In this document: in pieces, positions 1-13,249 of the stretch
Position numbering within the stretch: position 1 is the stretch's first letter
Layout: every line of letters starts with the position of its first letter
Assembly: GCA_002269645.1 (NCBI GenBank)
Contig: NIVC01001764.1
Span: 1-64,000 of the forward strand
Direction of reading: 5' to 3'
DNA from: Macrostomum lignano
Taxonomy: Eukaryota
Length of the DNA: 64,000 nucleotides
Notes under the pieces: generated by a model
What the model saw: only the letters and a program-made list of their open reading frames with translations
What the model was told of the DNA's origin: nothing
Databases searched by the model: none
Position numbers and translations under genes: made by a program

Positions 1-424
1 AACAATGACCATTGTGTTGCAACTTTTAAAGTGACCCTTGATCATACATGCGCTACCTCCAAAATTTGGTTGGCTGTGTGACTTAGTTTTTAACAAAAAT
101 GTGACTTGCATGTAAAAAAAACTGTAAAGCAAAATTAATGAAACTTTGGGTAAATGCAGAAGTAACTATGACTCTCTTATTAAGCCAAAATGCCTCGTCA
201 GCTACTTAGTACTACCACTTGGGTGTTTTTTGGGTGGGCATTTTTGTGACTTTCTTAGTTGGTCGCCAAATCAGTCGGCCAGATCGGCCAACTCAGCGAC
301 TGTTGCGCATGTATGCCCTTGATGCAGCCCATGTACTTTAGACAGTGACCCCTTGATACAACCTATTTACCTCAGAGAGTGACCCAAGGAGATGTACATT
401 TGTAGTTATTATAGGGCCTAGGCC

Positions 425-3400
425 TAGAAGCATAATGAGGAGGGTATCAGTGTATTGGCCAATACCCCCAAATTTCCAAAGCAAAAAGTTTTTTCAGTTG
501 CAAGTTATCATTTAAAAGTGAAAGCTATCTGAATTGATAGAATAACAATTAACAAACAAATATAGTGATAATATGTAAAATATCACTAATATGCACTAGA
601 AATATATAAAGTGGATCTCAAGTCTTTGATTTTTTTGTATTCATATAACTTGGTCTTTGGATAACTATCAACTCACTCACCCAACTGACCAACTATTTAG
701 GGGTGAAGGGGGTAAGTGGATAACTGAAATGTGTACTAGGGCATGGGTAGTCAGCTAGTGGAATTAGTGATAGACAATGGAGGTGGGTGCCTAGCCAGTT
801 TTCGCTGCAAAATTCATTAGCTTCTGATTTGTTTGAAAGAAGTCTGTCTAGAATTAACTATAAAATAAAATTCAGGGGGTTAGTACATTACATACAGAGA
901 ACTAGTAGGAAGAAAGGAGCTAAATGAGCAATCTACAAGTTATACATTAAGGAAGACTAAGAGTATCTGTCTGCTGTCCTCACCACCCAAGGAAGGGAAA
1001 TGAATAAGGAAATAATTAACTATAACCTCTTCCAAGTCATTTATAATTAATTCTAAGGCAGATTTTTTATTTCTAGATTGCTACTAAAATCTGCAAAGAG
1101 TTCATGTGAAATTCAAAATGAGCAAACAAAAATCTCATGGTCATGATATCTGCTCATTATTTGAGAACTTAAAGCAGTCTTGCCCAAACCCTGATCTTGC
1201 GCAACTGTCTAAACCTAGTTCCAGCACTACATAGCCAGTCATCTATTGTGTCTTGTGACATTGCTACTGACAGTTAGCCAGACTTGGCTACTCCAAATTC
1301 AGTTCCAACAGCTCTCGAGCAACAACTGCCTACAATTACTTCTTCAAGTCAGTTTGACAAGTCTGAACTCTAACATCAAGCAGATGAAACAGCTGCTGAG
1401 ATCAATGTCAATGACATTGGCTATGTTGTTGAACTTTGTCACAATGGAAAGCTGGATACAACTATTTGACTGCAATTGCTTAAGGACTATTGGGTGCCCC
1501 CTCCAAGGTACTCATTCCCATTCTTGCTTAAATCTAATAAGGGCAATGTCCACAAGCACTACTTGTCTCACCAATATATCTAACTGGTTGTAACACATGC
1601 TTTGAGTATTCTGCTAAGCTCAGCAGTGCATTTTGCAAGTGATTTTGAAGTTAATGAGGTTATTGACATATATTGCTAAATCCTACTCTTGCTATCTAGA
1701 TCTAGTCTTGACGAGATACTTACTTTTTCCATTCCAACCATTTCTTTCTCCTTTAGGTATTGCGTTCTTTTTCTTTTGATTAACTTTGCCATCCATGGAC
1801 AAAAAGTTGATGAATTTGTGAGAACTCCATGCACTAAGTTCAATGTGATCACAACAAAGCTGAAGAAGCATTTGCAATGTGACTATCACAGAAGTGACTG
1901 TGATCAAAGTTGATGCCCTGTTATCTGGAATGAATGTTGGCCACATGCTGGATATCAGTTGCACAAAGCTAGTGAAAGAAAATAGGGAAAGACTAAAACA
2001 TGTAATTGAACCAATTGAATTTCTTGCTTATTGTAGTCTAGTTTTTCAAGGACATTGTGACTGTGGACTTATAAAAGTTCATTTAGATGGAACTATTGAC
2101 TATGACAAAGGGAACTTGGTTGTACTTCTAAAGCTTCTTGCAAAACATGATCCTGTTCTATGTAATCACCTTTGTACTGGACCATCAAATGCCAAATACA
2201 CTTCCAGTGAATCACAGAATGAAATAATTCAGGCTCTGTCTAATGTTATCACCCAAAATTTAGTTAAAAAATCAACAAAGCAGGCTACTTTGTGCTGCTT
2301 GCAGATGAGACTATAGATTCTTTATACAAAGAACAAATATCCATCTATGTTAGGTACTTCAACATCAATGGTGGAAGTGTAGTTATTAACAAACAGTCCA
2401 TATGCTTTGTTCATATTGAAGATCTGACTGACTGGTATTGGGCTTGCAAAGCTTCTTGAGACACTTGATTCTCTCCATATTATAGCATAACTTGTTACTC
2501 AAGGCTATGATAGACCTTCAACCATGCCTGGCAAGTTCAATGACATTCAGGCAGTGATTTGCAAGTACTGGGAAAAAAAAACTAGCAATCTATATGCACT
2601 GTGCTGCACATGATCTAAACATATCTTTCCAGGATGCTTATAAGCTAGATTTAGTTTTAAGCTACTATTACTGCCATTATTATAGTCACAGTTTTATTTG
2701 CTGATTGCCACAAAAATAGCTCTGCTTGAAAAAATCTAAGAGTTGGTTCCAAAGTTATCTATGCATCAACTTTTATAGAACTGCAAGACCAGATGGGTTG
2801 AAAAGTAGGAGGCTTTCATCCAATTCAACCTGCTCTTACCACCAAACATTGAAGCTCTATAGGAGATCAGCACATGGGTAGGAAAGGCAGGCAACAATGC
2901 TCAAAACAACCTTAAACTTTTACTAGGCCCAACTAGACAACAAATATTTTAATTATTTCAGGCCACATTATCAATGCTATTCTTAATATCACAAAGCCAT
3001 TATCAAAAAAAAATTTTAATATGTAGATCTCAATCTTGTTGATTGTGTCAATAAAATTAAGGCTGTCATTGCTATCATTGATGTTCTTCAAGATCTCTTC
3101 TCTGATAATAGCCAAGTCTATTTCAATAAGATATTCAATTCTGCTAAGAAAGCATTCGGTGAGCCACTATAAAAGCCTCAAACCAATGCCAGGTCAGGTG
3201 TCAATGGAAGCATTGTACTAACCCTGGTGTCTCCATGGGACATGATTATCTGTAAGTAACTAATTTAAACTTTTAGTTGTCAAGTCTTAATATAATAAGC
3301 CTAGAATTAGTATGAGTAATATATATTTAGCAACATTAAAGTCACCACCTTTGAGAGTGAGGAGTAAATTCTAGCTCAGTATTGCCTTTTGAGTGATGCA

Positions 3401-3726
3401 ACTTGCAATATGAGAGTTGCAGAGTTGGGCTAGCTGAGGAGAGATTGGGAAGAGCAAAAAGCAAAGATTAGATACATTGAAAACCCAGTTTTCATAGTTT
3501 TTTTTTCAAGCATTTTTAATATCAAGATGGTTGACACAAGGTAATGGGTGCTGGTCGAAAGACACTGCTCACTGGGGCAAAGGATGGCTGGATGGCAAAT
3601 TCATTTAATATTACTGATTACTGAGTACTATATAGGCCTAACTAATCAAATTAGCCTAGTAGAGTAGATTCATTAATCATTAATTCATTAATCATCACCC
3701 CCAAAAAATTCCTGGCTACGCCCCTG
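425..3726 (+). mobile_element. Decayed full-length hAT DNA transposon (DUF4371/ZMYM1-like transposase), about 3.3 kb
   Basis: Perfect 8-bp TSD CCTAGGCC at 417-424 and 3727-3734. The right TIR reads CAGGGGCGTAGCCAGG (reverse complement of 3711-3726); the left TIR TAGAAGCATAATGAGG (425-440) matches 9/16, and 6 of the 7 mismatches are C>T or G>A. Fragmented transposase motifs on +: GNLVVLLKLLAKHDPVL..NAKYTS..SQNEII, LADET, QGYD, HCAAH, TRWVE. Confidence 0.9.
1450..3250 (+). pseudogene. hAT transposase remnant with multiple stops and frameshifts
   Basis: ORF 1879-2316 carries the DUF4371-type block. Catalytic-region motifs (LADET about 2300, QGYD about 2500, HCAAH about 2600, TRW about 2790) lie in broken frames. 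Confidence 0.85.
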
Positions 3727-5092
3727 CCTAGGCCCTCGTTCAATTACTTCGGCAATTTAGGCACTGCATGTTAGGAACTTTTTTAATTTCTGGTTTCTTG
3801 TAAAACGTACTTATAAGAAATGGTGAAAGTAAAACAAAGTACATAAAACGCTTGTACACTTATAAATAATTAGTGAAATATATTACTGTTAATTAGTAAA
3901 AACAAAACAAGACATATTTTTCTTCTATAAGGCATGATTTTTGTATCTCACGAATGTTCTAGAAAAAAAGCTTTCTGCTTGTTTGTTTTATAAACTCTGA
4001 CGTATACGACCATACGTAATTAGGACAAAATTGATCCTGAGGCTTTTCACATTACTGCCTACCCAATTTCAAAAACAGACTGGCTTTGGATCTTCCAAGA
4101 AAAAAGCATTGTAGGATTGTTTTTTAACTTTATTGAATGTTTGCATGCCCGAACAGCCTCACTTTGCACAATTTTTCACTCCTTGGCTATTGCCATTCAA
4201 TAATTTGAATTTACAAATTGGATCTGGTTCTAAAACCAGAATAATTAAAATAAAAGGCCCAGTAATGATAGTGATACTACTATAATGTGCAAGCTATAAA
4301 GTGATGTCAGTAAAACAATTTACTTCAATCATAAGTCATAAATGAATGAATCTTAGCATTTAATCAATACAAAAAGCAATAAAATATTTGTTTTGGTTAT
4401 TAGAGTAGTAACTAGTAAGCAGGGATAATAGCATCGACATTAGTATGCAATGCAACCCCAATGGCCTAATTATCATATAATATGCATCATAAGATTGCTA
4501 TAGCCTATAGGTCTATTTGTTTTATTTTAGCTAAAAGGCCTAGGCCTATAAGAATTTTCGGAAATAAAAAATTGTATAACAAGTTTAGTAAGCAATAGTG
4601 TTAATGGTATCAATAGAAAGAAAGTGTCAATAATAAATGATCAAATTATTGCCTGGACTAGGCTAGGCCTTTTAGCTAGCCTAGCTTTAGTTAGCTTTGA
4701 TATTTAAAATAGGCCTACTGGATTCTAGTAGATTTGATTTAGTATAATATGTAGCTTAATTAATAATTGTCTAAGACTAAGAGCTTATTATAATTTGTAT
4801 TAGGAAATGTAGGCCCTAGTCATTTGAATATACCTTAACACACTGGTTTAACATTGTGATATATCTATAATGATAATTAATAGATTAAATTTTATTTAAC
4901 TTTTTAATCTATTTACTTTTTTTTCTTTTTAATAGTTACTTATATTTTCTCATTAATTCAAGCTTTGGCACCTTGGCAATTCCTTACAAAGTTTAATATC
5001 TTAGCAGTAACTTGTAAGGCAAAATCTTTTGACTATTAGTTTTTTAAACCTAAAGCAGATTTTTATTTAATATTTGACCTTGTATGCTTCTA

Positions 5093-6354
5093 TTGGGTTG
5101 TAATAAAAGGTTTGAGCATTTATGTAGTCAAACTTTAAATTCAGTTTTCTAGTCCCATAATACTAATAGTTTTTAGTCTAGGATATAATCACTATCCTAA
5201 TAAATGATCTTTTGCCATCATAGGATCAAAAACTATTATATTACCCAAAATAGCATTCCCAATCTGGCAATAAGATTCTAGATGCCTTTCTTAAAGAACT
5301 AAGGCAATAGTGACTTAAAGTATTGCTCAAGCAAAGCTGTCATCTCCTTAGCCTATCTAGAGGCTATCAAGCAAGTATGGAGAGTGAGGCATGACTTCCC
5401 AGCTCAGCTCAAGCAGCTTCTACAGTGTCTTCTTCACCACATAAGGTTGGGAATTGTCGTGAAAAAATCAAATTTTTGCACCAGCACCCTGCTGCTTTGA
5501 CAATAGCCTAGGCCTAGTATAGTCTATCTAGCTGTTTATAATAGACTTTGGCAGTGATGCTGGTATTATAGGCAAGAGCTCCCAATGGACAATTTGACTG
5601 GAATTCTACCAGATACACAACATGAGTACATGACTTTCTTTTGGTTTGGATCAGGTTTGGGTATTGGTTGTGGCTAATCTCCCATGCCAAGCCATTGGCG
5701 CTTGTGTGTATAGTTGAAATTGGCCATCCACTTCTCATTACCAATCACTAGGCTATCAAGCCATCCTGGGTTGTGGCAATAGGATAAGAGTTGGGTGCAT
5801 GTATATGATAATATGTTGATCCTTATTCTCATGTGAAAGTTTATGAGGAACCCATTGACCAAGCTTGTGCACTTTGCTGAGTTGATGAAAGTAGCAGTCA
5901 ATGGTCATGGTAGAGACCTTGAAGTACTCTGCCATTTCATGTATTGTAAGATTTGGCTTAGCTTTAACAAGTAAGGCAAGCTGCTATATATCAAGCTTAG
6001 GTGGGTGACTAGAGTGTTCCTTGTCTTCAAGTTATTCCTCACCCTTCTTGAACTCCGCAAACCAGGCATAGCAATATTGCTCACTCAGATAGTCCTCGCC
6101 ATATGCCTAAGATAACTTGCAATATGCCTTAGCTACTGAGTTGCCTAGCTTGAAGTAGAAAAGTAAATATGCTTAAATGAAGTAATGTTGATCATGTTAT
6201 TGCATAGCCATTGTAGGTGAAGGTTGATCATAACCAAGTCAATATGGTAGTGCACACTGGTTACTCTTATATAGCCCCATAGAACATTCTAGAAATTTCT
6301 TTAGAGAAAGTTCTAGAAGTTTAAAGAAAACACTTGAACTTTTTTACAACCCAA
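5093..6354 (-). mobile_element. Decayed full-length mariner (Tc1/mariner) element, 1262 bp
   Basis: TIRs begin TTGGGTTGTAA at both ends, flanked by TA (5091-5092, 6355-6356). Minus-strand remnants: FYFKLG..AYGED..WFAEFKKG..LEDKEHS (HTH), GQWVPHKL, GNEKW (from GDEKW), HDNSQPY (from HDNARPH), WEVMPHSPY. Several in-frame stops. Confidence 0.92.
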
Positions 6355-8031
6355 TATCAAATAAAGATAAACTAATTTAATGTTATTGATCCTATGCAAC
6401 AATCTAATATTAGCTATATTAGCCAACAATTCAAATATAAGAATAGGAATTAATTCAAATAGGCTTTTTAACATAGTTCATTGAAAATTAAACTATTTAA
6501 CTTTAGCCTATTATAGTCTATCTCAGTCTATCAAAGTATAAGATAAAAATATAAACTATTTCTTAATACTAACAATAAAATATCATTCAAGATTCCTATG
6601 ACACTCTAGTTTATTATATAAACTATAACTTATATGCCAACTATAGTGGTAACATTAGAGAAATGAAGGATGCCTAAATATCTAAAAGTCCATTGATACT
6701 TGGTCTAACAAATAGGATCTAGGTGTGGTAACAGTTTAAAGTGCAAGTCAAGAATAATAGTCATTGTTGCTTGATTTATAGGGCTTAGGCAATTAAGCAA
6801 AATTCTATGTAGTAACTTCTATTGTGTTTCTTTCATATATTGATAGCTTGATAGGCTTGATAGTCTTGATAGTTAGGTGTGGCTCCTTGAATACACCACA
6901 GGGAGGTTTCAGCATATATCTGCCAAGGATACGAAACCTTTTTTAGTTAAGGAGGCAAATTTTTTTACCAAAAAATACACTACAGAGATGAGTTTTTCAC
7001 TTTTTTATACAAAAATTACTTTCAATAGGAGACAGGCTTAGTGTTCATCTTTAGATATAAAAAAGAACCATATTTATAAAAAGTTTTTTTTAATTTGGAT
7101 TCTATGTATTTTTTTTCATTCTATATATAGTTCCTATGTTCAAAATCATAAAAAATGCCTTGACAGCTTAAATCCAAGTCTGCAAGTCTGCAACTTTGCA
7201 AGTAAACATAAACCAAAATTTTAATTCAGCTCTAAATTAATGCGTTTGCACTTAGAAGTAAGCTTGCATTATTAACATGGAACAAAAGTAATTTCAAGAC
7301 TTATTATTATTAGTTTGAAACTTTGAATAACCTATTGACAAGAAATTTGTATATTTAGCATTTTATTTGATTTTGAACTTTTGGTTACTATTAGAATAGC
7401 TAGCATCTTGGTTCTTAATTTAGCAACTTGAGTTTGCACCCAGTAGGCCAAATGGAACTATAATTTTGAAATCAAACAACCAGATAGTGCTTATAGATTT
7501 AGCTGACTGAGACCTTTTTATCCCTATAAATGAAATTATTGCAGTTTCTTAATACCTATGTTTTTATACATATACATATATAATTTTTGTATTTTAAATA
7601 GTCACTATGATTATTTTACTTAGTTTAATTTTGTGAATCTTTCATTAGCTGCTAATTAATTTTTAATTGCTTCAACAACCAAAAATGTTTGGCTTCCATT
7701 TTCTTGTTTTTATTCAATTATTAAACATATTTTGTTTAATTTATTATCATTTTTCCTATTGTTTACTACTATTAGTAAAGTATCAAGAAAATTCAGTAGT
7801 AGAAGTTGTATTTGCTATTTTTAATTTATTGATAAATATTCTGGAGCTAGTTTGAGCCTCATCTTTTTTGGACAGAGACAATGTCTTTGTTTGAAACAAC
7901 AGAGTCCCTTGATCTGGGGGCAGTGTATGCGGAGCCTGGCCATGCAGGCTCCCCATGCTGTCTTTGTCAGTGATGTGGGCTTGTTGCTGGGGTTGGATGG
8001 TTAAAGCCAATGCCGCAGTCAACATCATGCC

Positions 8032-10347
8032 ATGCAATTTCAGGAAGCAGTGCTGCTTGCCTCAGAGGCTGAAGGCTTTGTCCAGAGCCTCCAGTCGCTA
8101 GAGCTGACTCGTATAGGCGATCCCCAATGGCAGAGGCAGCATCAGTACATTGAAAAGCTTAATATGCAGGCTGTCCTGTCAGTTGCTAAGCAGCAAGATG
8201 AGTTCGTGCCCGAATTCGTGGTCAATCACGGCAAATTGGAGACACTGATGCACGACCTGCTTGTAACTGAAGTTTGGAAAGAGAAAATATTTCCATTGAT
8301 GATTTCTAATAGCGACTTCAAGCCGCAGGTGACCTTTCCTATCTATCTGGTGCTCTATCATGAAGCTACAGTGCTAAATTTGTTGGAGACGCTGAGCTTT
8401 CATTCGGATGTTGTTGAGAGTCTTGGCGAAGTTGCTTTAGACTTGATTGATTATTGTCACAGGAAGCTGGTTAAACTGACACAGTCAGGCAGCATGCTGG
8501 AAGATGGTCTGCTGTCAGTTAGAAGTAAAACTAACAGCGGTCTGTCAGGTGAAAATGAGACCGGAGACTCCGCCAGGTCGAGTCTCTCTGAGCTTGAGCA
8601 GCAGAGACGCAGTCTAGAATTTGAATTGGCACTGAAATGTGTCACAGTGTCCAGCAACTTGCTGACTAACTCCAAGTCTTTGTCTTTGTCAGCTCTGACT
8701 CGGGCACTGAATGTGCACGACTATCCACTGCTGTTTGCCAGTCTGATCGAATTGCGTCCTTGGAAACTGCGGCATCCGTCTACTGGCCAGTGCTATCAGT
8801 ACGTTGACAATGGTTGGCAGACTGTTGACCAGGCGGAGTTCAACAGTGGAATTGTCAAGTTAGAAGGCTGCGTTTGGTTAGCCCTGTACGAGATGCTTAC
8901 TAACTCAGAGTGTCAGCGTAAATATGAGATGACTAATTATCGAAAGAATTTCTTATTGAAGCTTCGTTCGCATCTGCACGAGACTGTGCTGGATCAGTTG
9001 TCCTTTCTAGTGCCGCTAAGGCAAGGCTTGGAGCATATGGCTCTGTTGGAGCCGGCGCCTTATAAGAAAGAATTGTTGCTGGAACAGCTGCCTGAAGTCA
9101 GGGCTGCTATTCTTGACAAGTATCAAGGTTAGTGCTGCTGGTTTCATCTACTCATTTCCAGAGCACATTTGATTGCAAATAGAAAGTGATTCACAATTCT
9201 TCACAGAGATGCATTTTTTTGTTACTTACATTCTTAACTTAGCGAAAATAGCCTTCAATTCCCCACTAAAAATGGGAAAAATCGCCTTAAATTCCCCACC
9301 AAACATTGGAAAAATCGCCTTCAATTCCCCACCAAAAATGGGAAAATCGCCTTCAATTCCTCACCAAACATTGGGAAAATCGCCTTCAATTCCCCACCAA
9401 AAATGGGAAAATCGCCTTCAATTCCTCACCAAACATTGGAAAAATCGCCTTCAATTCCCCACCAAAAATGGGAAAATCGCCTTCAATTCCCAACCAAAAA
9501 TGGGAAAATCGCCCTCAATTCCCCGCCAAAAATTGGAAAAACTGCCTTCAATTCCCCACAAAAAAAGGAAAAAATCGCCTTCAATTCCCCACCAAAAATG
9601 GGAAAATCGCCTTCAATTCCCCACCAAAAATGGGAAAAATCGCCTTCAATTCCCCAATAAAAATGGGAAAAATCGCCCTCAATTCCCCACCAAAAATGGG
9701 AAAAATCGCCTTCAATTCCCCACTAAAAATGGGAAAAATCGCCTTCCATTCCCCACCAAAAATGGGAAAAATCGCCTTCAATTCCCCACTAAAAATGGGA
9801 AAAATCGCCTTCCATTCCCCACCAAAAATGGGAAAAATCGCCTTCCATTCCCCACCGAAAATGGGAAAAATCGCCTTCAATTCCCCACTAAAAATGGGAA
9901 AAATCGCCTTCCATTCCCCACCAAAAATGGGAAAAATCGCTTTCAATTCCCCACCAAAAATGGAAAAAATCGCCTTCAATTCCCCACCATAAATGGGAAA
10001 AATCTTCAATTCCCCAACCCCCAGGCAAATGGCCCGACATCGCCCGCATCCAGATGGGCACAGTGTTCAACATCAGCGCAGCAGATTTCAAATCCCAAGC
10101 CGCCCTCTGGTCGGACACTTACAATCTGGATGTACTTGAAGCCATGCTGGCTGAGCCGCCAAAATGCGGCGCCTGCGGCGCCCCTGCTGTTAAACGCTGC
10201 TCACGCTGTCAGAACGAATGGTACTGCCGAAGAGAGTGCCAAGTGGGGCACTGGACTAAGCATAAACCGGCGTGCGACTTGATGCTGGTGGTTCCTGAGA
10301 ATAAACCCAACGCTGGAGCCATCGTTGAGGAAGTTAAATCTGATTAA
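8032..10347 (+). CDS. ZMYND10: Zinc finger MYND domain-containing protein 10 (BLU; dynein-arm assembly factor); exons 8032-9127, 10025-10347; about 472 aa
   Basis: N-terminus LLASEAEGFV..W..QH..IEKLNMQA and C-terminal MYND finger CGACGAPAVKRCSRCQNEWYCRRECQVGHWTKHKPAC. Donor CAAG|GTTAGT and acceptor CCCCAG|GC join in phase 1 (..YQGKWPDIAR..). Confidence 0.95.
9245..10020. repeat. 32-33 bp intronic minisatellite (AAAATCGCCTTCAATTCCCCACCAAAAATGGGA)
   Basis: Tandem copies fill the ZMYND10 intron up to the acceptor. Confidence 0.95.
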
Positions 10348-10734
10348 CGCCAGTTTTTTATTTCACTTTTTTTAATTACTGACTTTATTTAATTGCCTAA
10401 TTTTCATTCGCACTACTTGTTTAGTAGGTTTTGATCAGTTGTTTACACGCGTTCGCCTATAATAATCCGTCCTGTTTTTTTGTTTTCCTTACTATCTTAT
10501 CATTCCATGTTGGCTGTGAAGTTTTTTTATTAAAAATGGTACTTTTAATTGCGTGTTCTATTAGTTATGTCACTGAAGTTTATACGGACAATATTCAAAG
10601 TGCTAATTAAATATTTGTTGAAAAACCCAGCAAGCTTTTTTGATGTTTTGTAATTTTGTGAGTGCTGACTTTTTTTAGCCATGTAACTTCGTTTCTTAAT
10701 AAAAGTCTAATGTGTGATTTCACGAATCCTAAGA

Positions 10735-11470
10735 ATGCCCCTCTCAGCCATCAATAAGAATCGCCCCTCAGCCATCAATAAGAATCGCCCCTCAGGCATC
10801 AATAAGAATCGCCCCTCAGCCATCAATAAGAATCGCCCCTCAGCCATCAATAAGAATCGCCCCTCAGCCATCAATAAGAATCGCCCCTCAGCCAATAAGA
10901 ATCGCCCCTCAGCCATCAATAAAAATCGCCCCTCAGCCATCAATAAGAATCGCCCCTCAGCCATCAATAAAAATCGCCCCTCAGCCATCAATAAGAATCG
11001 CCCCTCAGCCATCAATAAAAATCGCCCCTCAGCCATCAATAAGAATCGCCCCTCAGCCATCAATAAGAATCGCCCCTCAGCCATCAATAAGAATCGGCCC
11101 TCAGCCATCAATAAGAATCGCCCCTCAGCCATCGATAAGAATCGGCCCTCAGCCATCAATAAGAATCGCCCCTCAGCCATCAATAAGAATCGCCCCTCAG
11201 CCATCAATAAAAATCGCCCTTCAGCCATCCATAAGAATCGCCCTTCAGCCATCCATAAGAATCGCCCTTCAGCCATCCATAAGAATCGCCCCTCAGCCAT
11301 CAATAAGAATCGGCCCTCAGCCATCAATAAGAATCGCCCCTCAGCCATCAATAAGAATCGGCCCTCAGCCATCAATAAGAATCGCCCCTCAGCCATCAAT
11401 GAGAATCGCCCCTCAGCCATCAATAAGAATCGCCCCTCAGTCATCAATGAAAATCGCCCCTCAGCCATCC
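10735..11470. repeat. 24-bp intergenic minisatellite (AATAAGAATCGCCCCTCAGCCATC), about 30 copies
   Basis: Direct inspection; explains the 8-aa periodic ORFs. Confidence 0.95.
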
Positions 11471-11594
11471 CTAAAAATAATTCCTGATAAAGATTTATTG
11501 ATAAATTGAGAGAATAAAGAAATTAAAGAATTTTTTACCGATAGGCGATCGCCTAAAACGTATTCCAGACTTCAGCAGAGCGGCAAGCATCGAT

Positions 11595-13098
11595 ATGCAC
11601 CAAGCCGAAGACAGTGACAGCTTGAAGTCCACCGACTGGCGAGTGGACAAGCGACGCAAAGAGAAGGAGCGACGACGTGAGCGTCACAGGGCAGCCGTTC
11701 GATTAAAAGGTTTTGTCATTTTCACTTGTTTTGGATATATTTTTGCATTTCTACTTTAAGTAGCTGAAGTAAGATATGGTTCAAATTTATTTGGTTTTTT
11801 AGGCTAAGTTTTTTGAAGCGGTGATACCCCAGGAGAAAAATGAAGCGATTTCTCAAATTGTTAATAGAGGGATTCCACAGGTGTTTAATGGGAAGATTCC
11901 CCAGGTAGTTAATGGGTGATTCCCCAGGTAGTTAATGGAAGATTCCCCAGGTGGTTTATGGGGCGATTCCCCAGGTAGTTAATGGGAAGATTCCCCAGTT
12001 AGTTTATGGGGAATTCCCCAGGTAGTTAATGGGGATTCCCAGTTAGTTAATAAGGGATTCCCCAGATGGTTTATGGGGGATTCTCTAGGTAGTTAATCGA
12101 GGATTCCCTCAGTAGTTCCCCCAAGCAGTTAATCGCGGATTCCCCGGGTGGTTAATAGGAGAATTTCCGAGTTGGTTAATGGTGGGATTCCCCAGGTGGT
12201 AAATGGTGGGATTCCCAGGTGGTTAATGGTGGAATTCCCAAGTGGTAAATGGTGGGATTCCCCGGCTGATTAATGTTGGGACTCCCCAGATAGTAAAAGA
12301 TAATAAATTAGACTTCTTTGGGGGCTGAGAAGTTATTTCAGTTTTTTATTGCATTTGGCTTAATGTTTTTTTAAAGTACATGTAGTAATTTTAAAACTCC
12401 CTACCTTTACCGCCGCAGTGGAGTCCGGCCTCGATCACGTGACTAAGCGCGATGCAAAAGCTCTGCTTGACGCCCGATTAGAATTGGCTCTTAGCCAAGG
12501 CCAGCCAACAATCTGCTTAGACTTGACCTATGAATCGAAAATGTCCGATAAAGAGGTGGACAAATTGGCTAAACAATTAAATAGACTCTATGGTATTCAC
12601 CGATCTTCTCAGCCTAATATGGTTCAACTCTGTTTAACCAATTATCAATTAGAGTCTCGCTTAGCAACTGTTGCTAGGCAGAAATATTCCATGCAAGCCT
12701 ATCGTATTGCATTATTTCCTCAATCGCCAGTTGATAGCTTTCCTAATAAGGAGATTATTTACCTGTCACCGGATGCTGAGCAGTGTCTATATGAGCTTTC
12801 TCCATCCGCTGTCTACGTCATTGGCGGCTTTGTTGATGAAGCTAGACAACCGGGCGCGTCTGTTAGTGAGGCTGCTCAGTTTGGCTGCAAAGCCGTTCGA
12901 CTTCCGATTGATAGTCACGTGACGTCCTCTACCATAACATCCGCGTCTTTGCGTAAACTACCATTGCCAGTGAATATTGTATTCGGCGTTCTTGTTGATT
13001 TGGTCAACGGATCGACTTGGACTGAGGCGTTGATGGGGCGACTACCGCCGCGACTGAAATTGCAGCCAAAACAGGGTAACTATTTGGCGAATTCTTGA
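11595..13098 (+). CDS. TRMT10B: tRNA m1(A/G)9 methyltransferase, TRM10 family (TRMT10B-like); exons 11595-11709, 12419-13098
   Basis: SPOUT Trm10 motifs ICLDL..MSDKEVDKLAKQLNRLYG, IIYLSPDAE, VYVIGGFVD, AVRLPI. The basic first exon MHQAEDSDSLKSTDWRVDKRRKEKERRRERHR splices in phase 1 (AAAG|GT..CAG|TG). Confidence 0.85.
11865..12290. repeat. Degenerate 22-25 bp intronic minisatellite (ATTCCCCAGGTAGTTAATGGG)
   Basis: Tandem imperfect copies in the TRMT10 intron. Confidence 0.85.
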
Positions 13099-13249
13099 AT
13101 GGCTTGCGCCAGATTTGGTTCTTGTAACTGCGAGTGCACTTTTTAACACAGTTGAGTGCAATCATCTTCGTTATCATGCTCTTTCGATCTTAGCCCCCGT
13201 TGGGGGAGGCCATAAAAGAAAGGAACTTTCCAAGAAATATCATAATATT

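Noticed and set aside
5200-6250. Recoded stops or an alternative genetic code in the transposases
   Set aside because: Stops co-occur with frameshifts and motif-destroying substitutions, and host genes use the standard code; this is decay.
10054-10347. Separate small MYND-finger gene
   Set aside because: It is exon 2 of ZMYND10 (phase-compatible splice).
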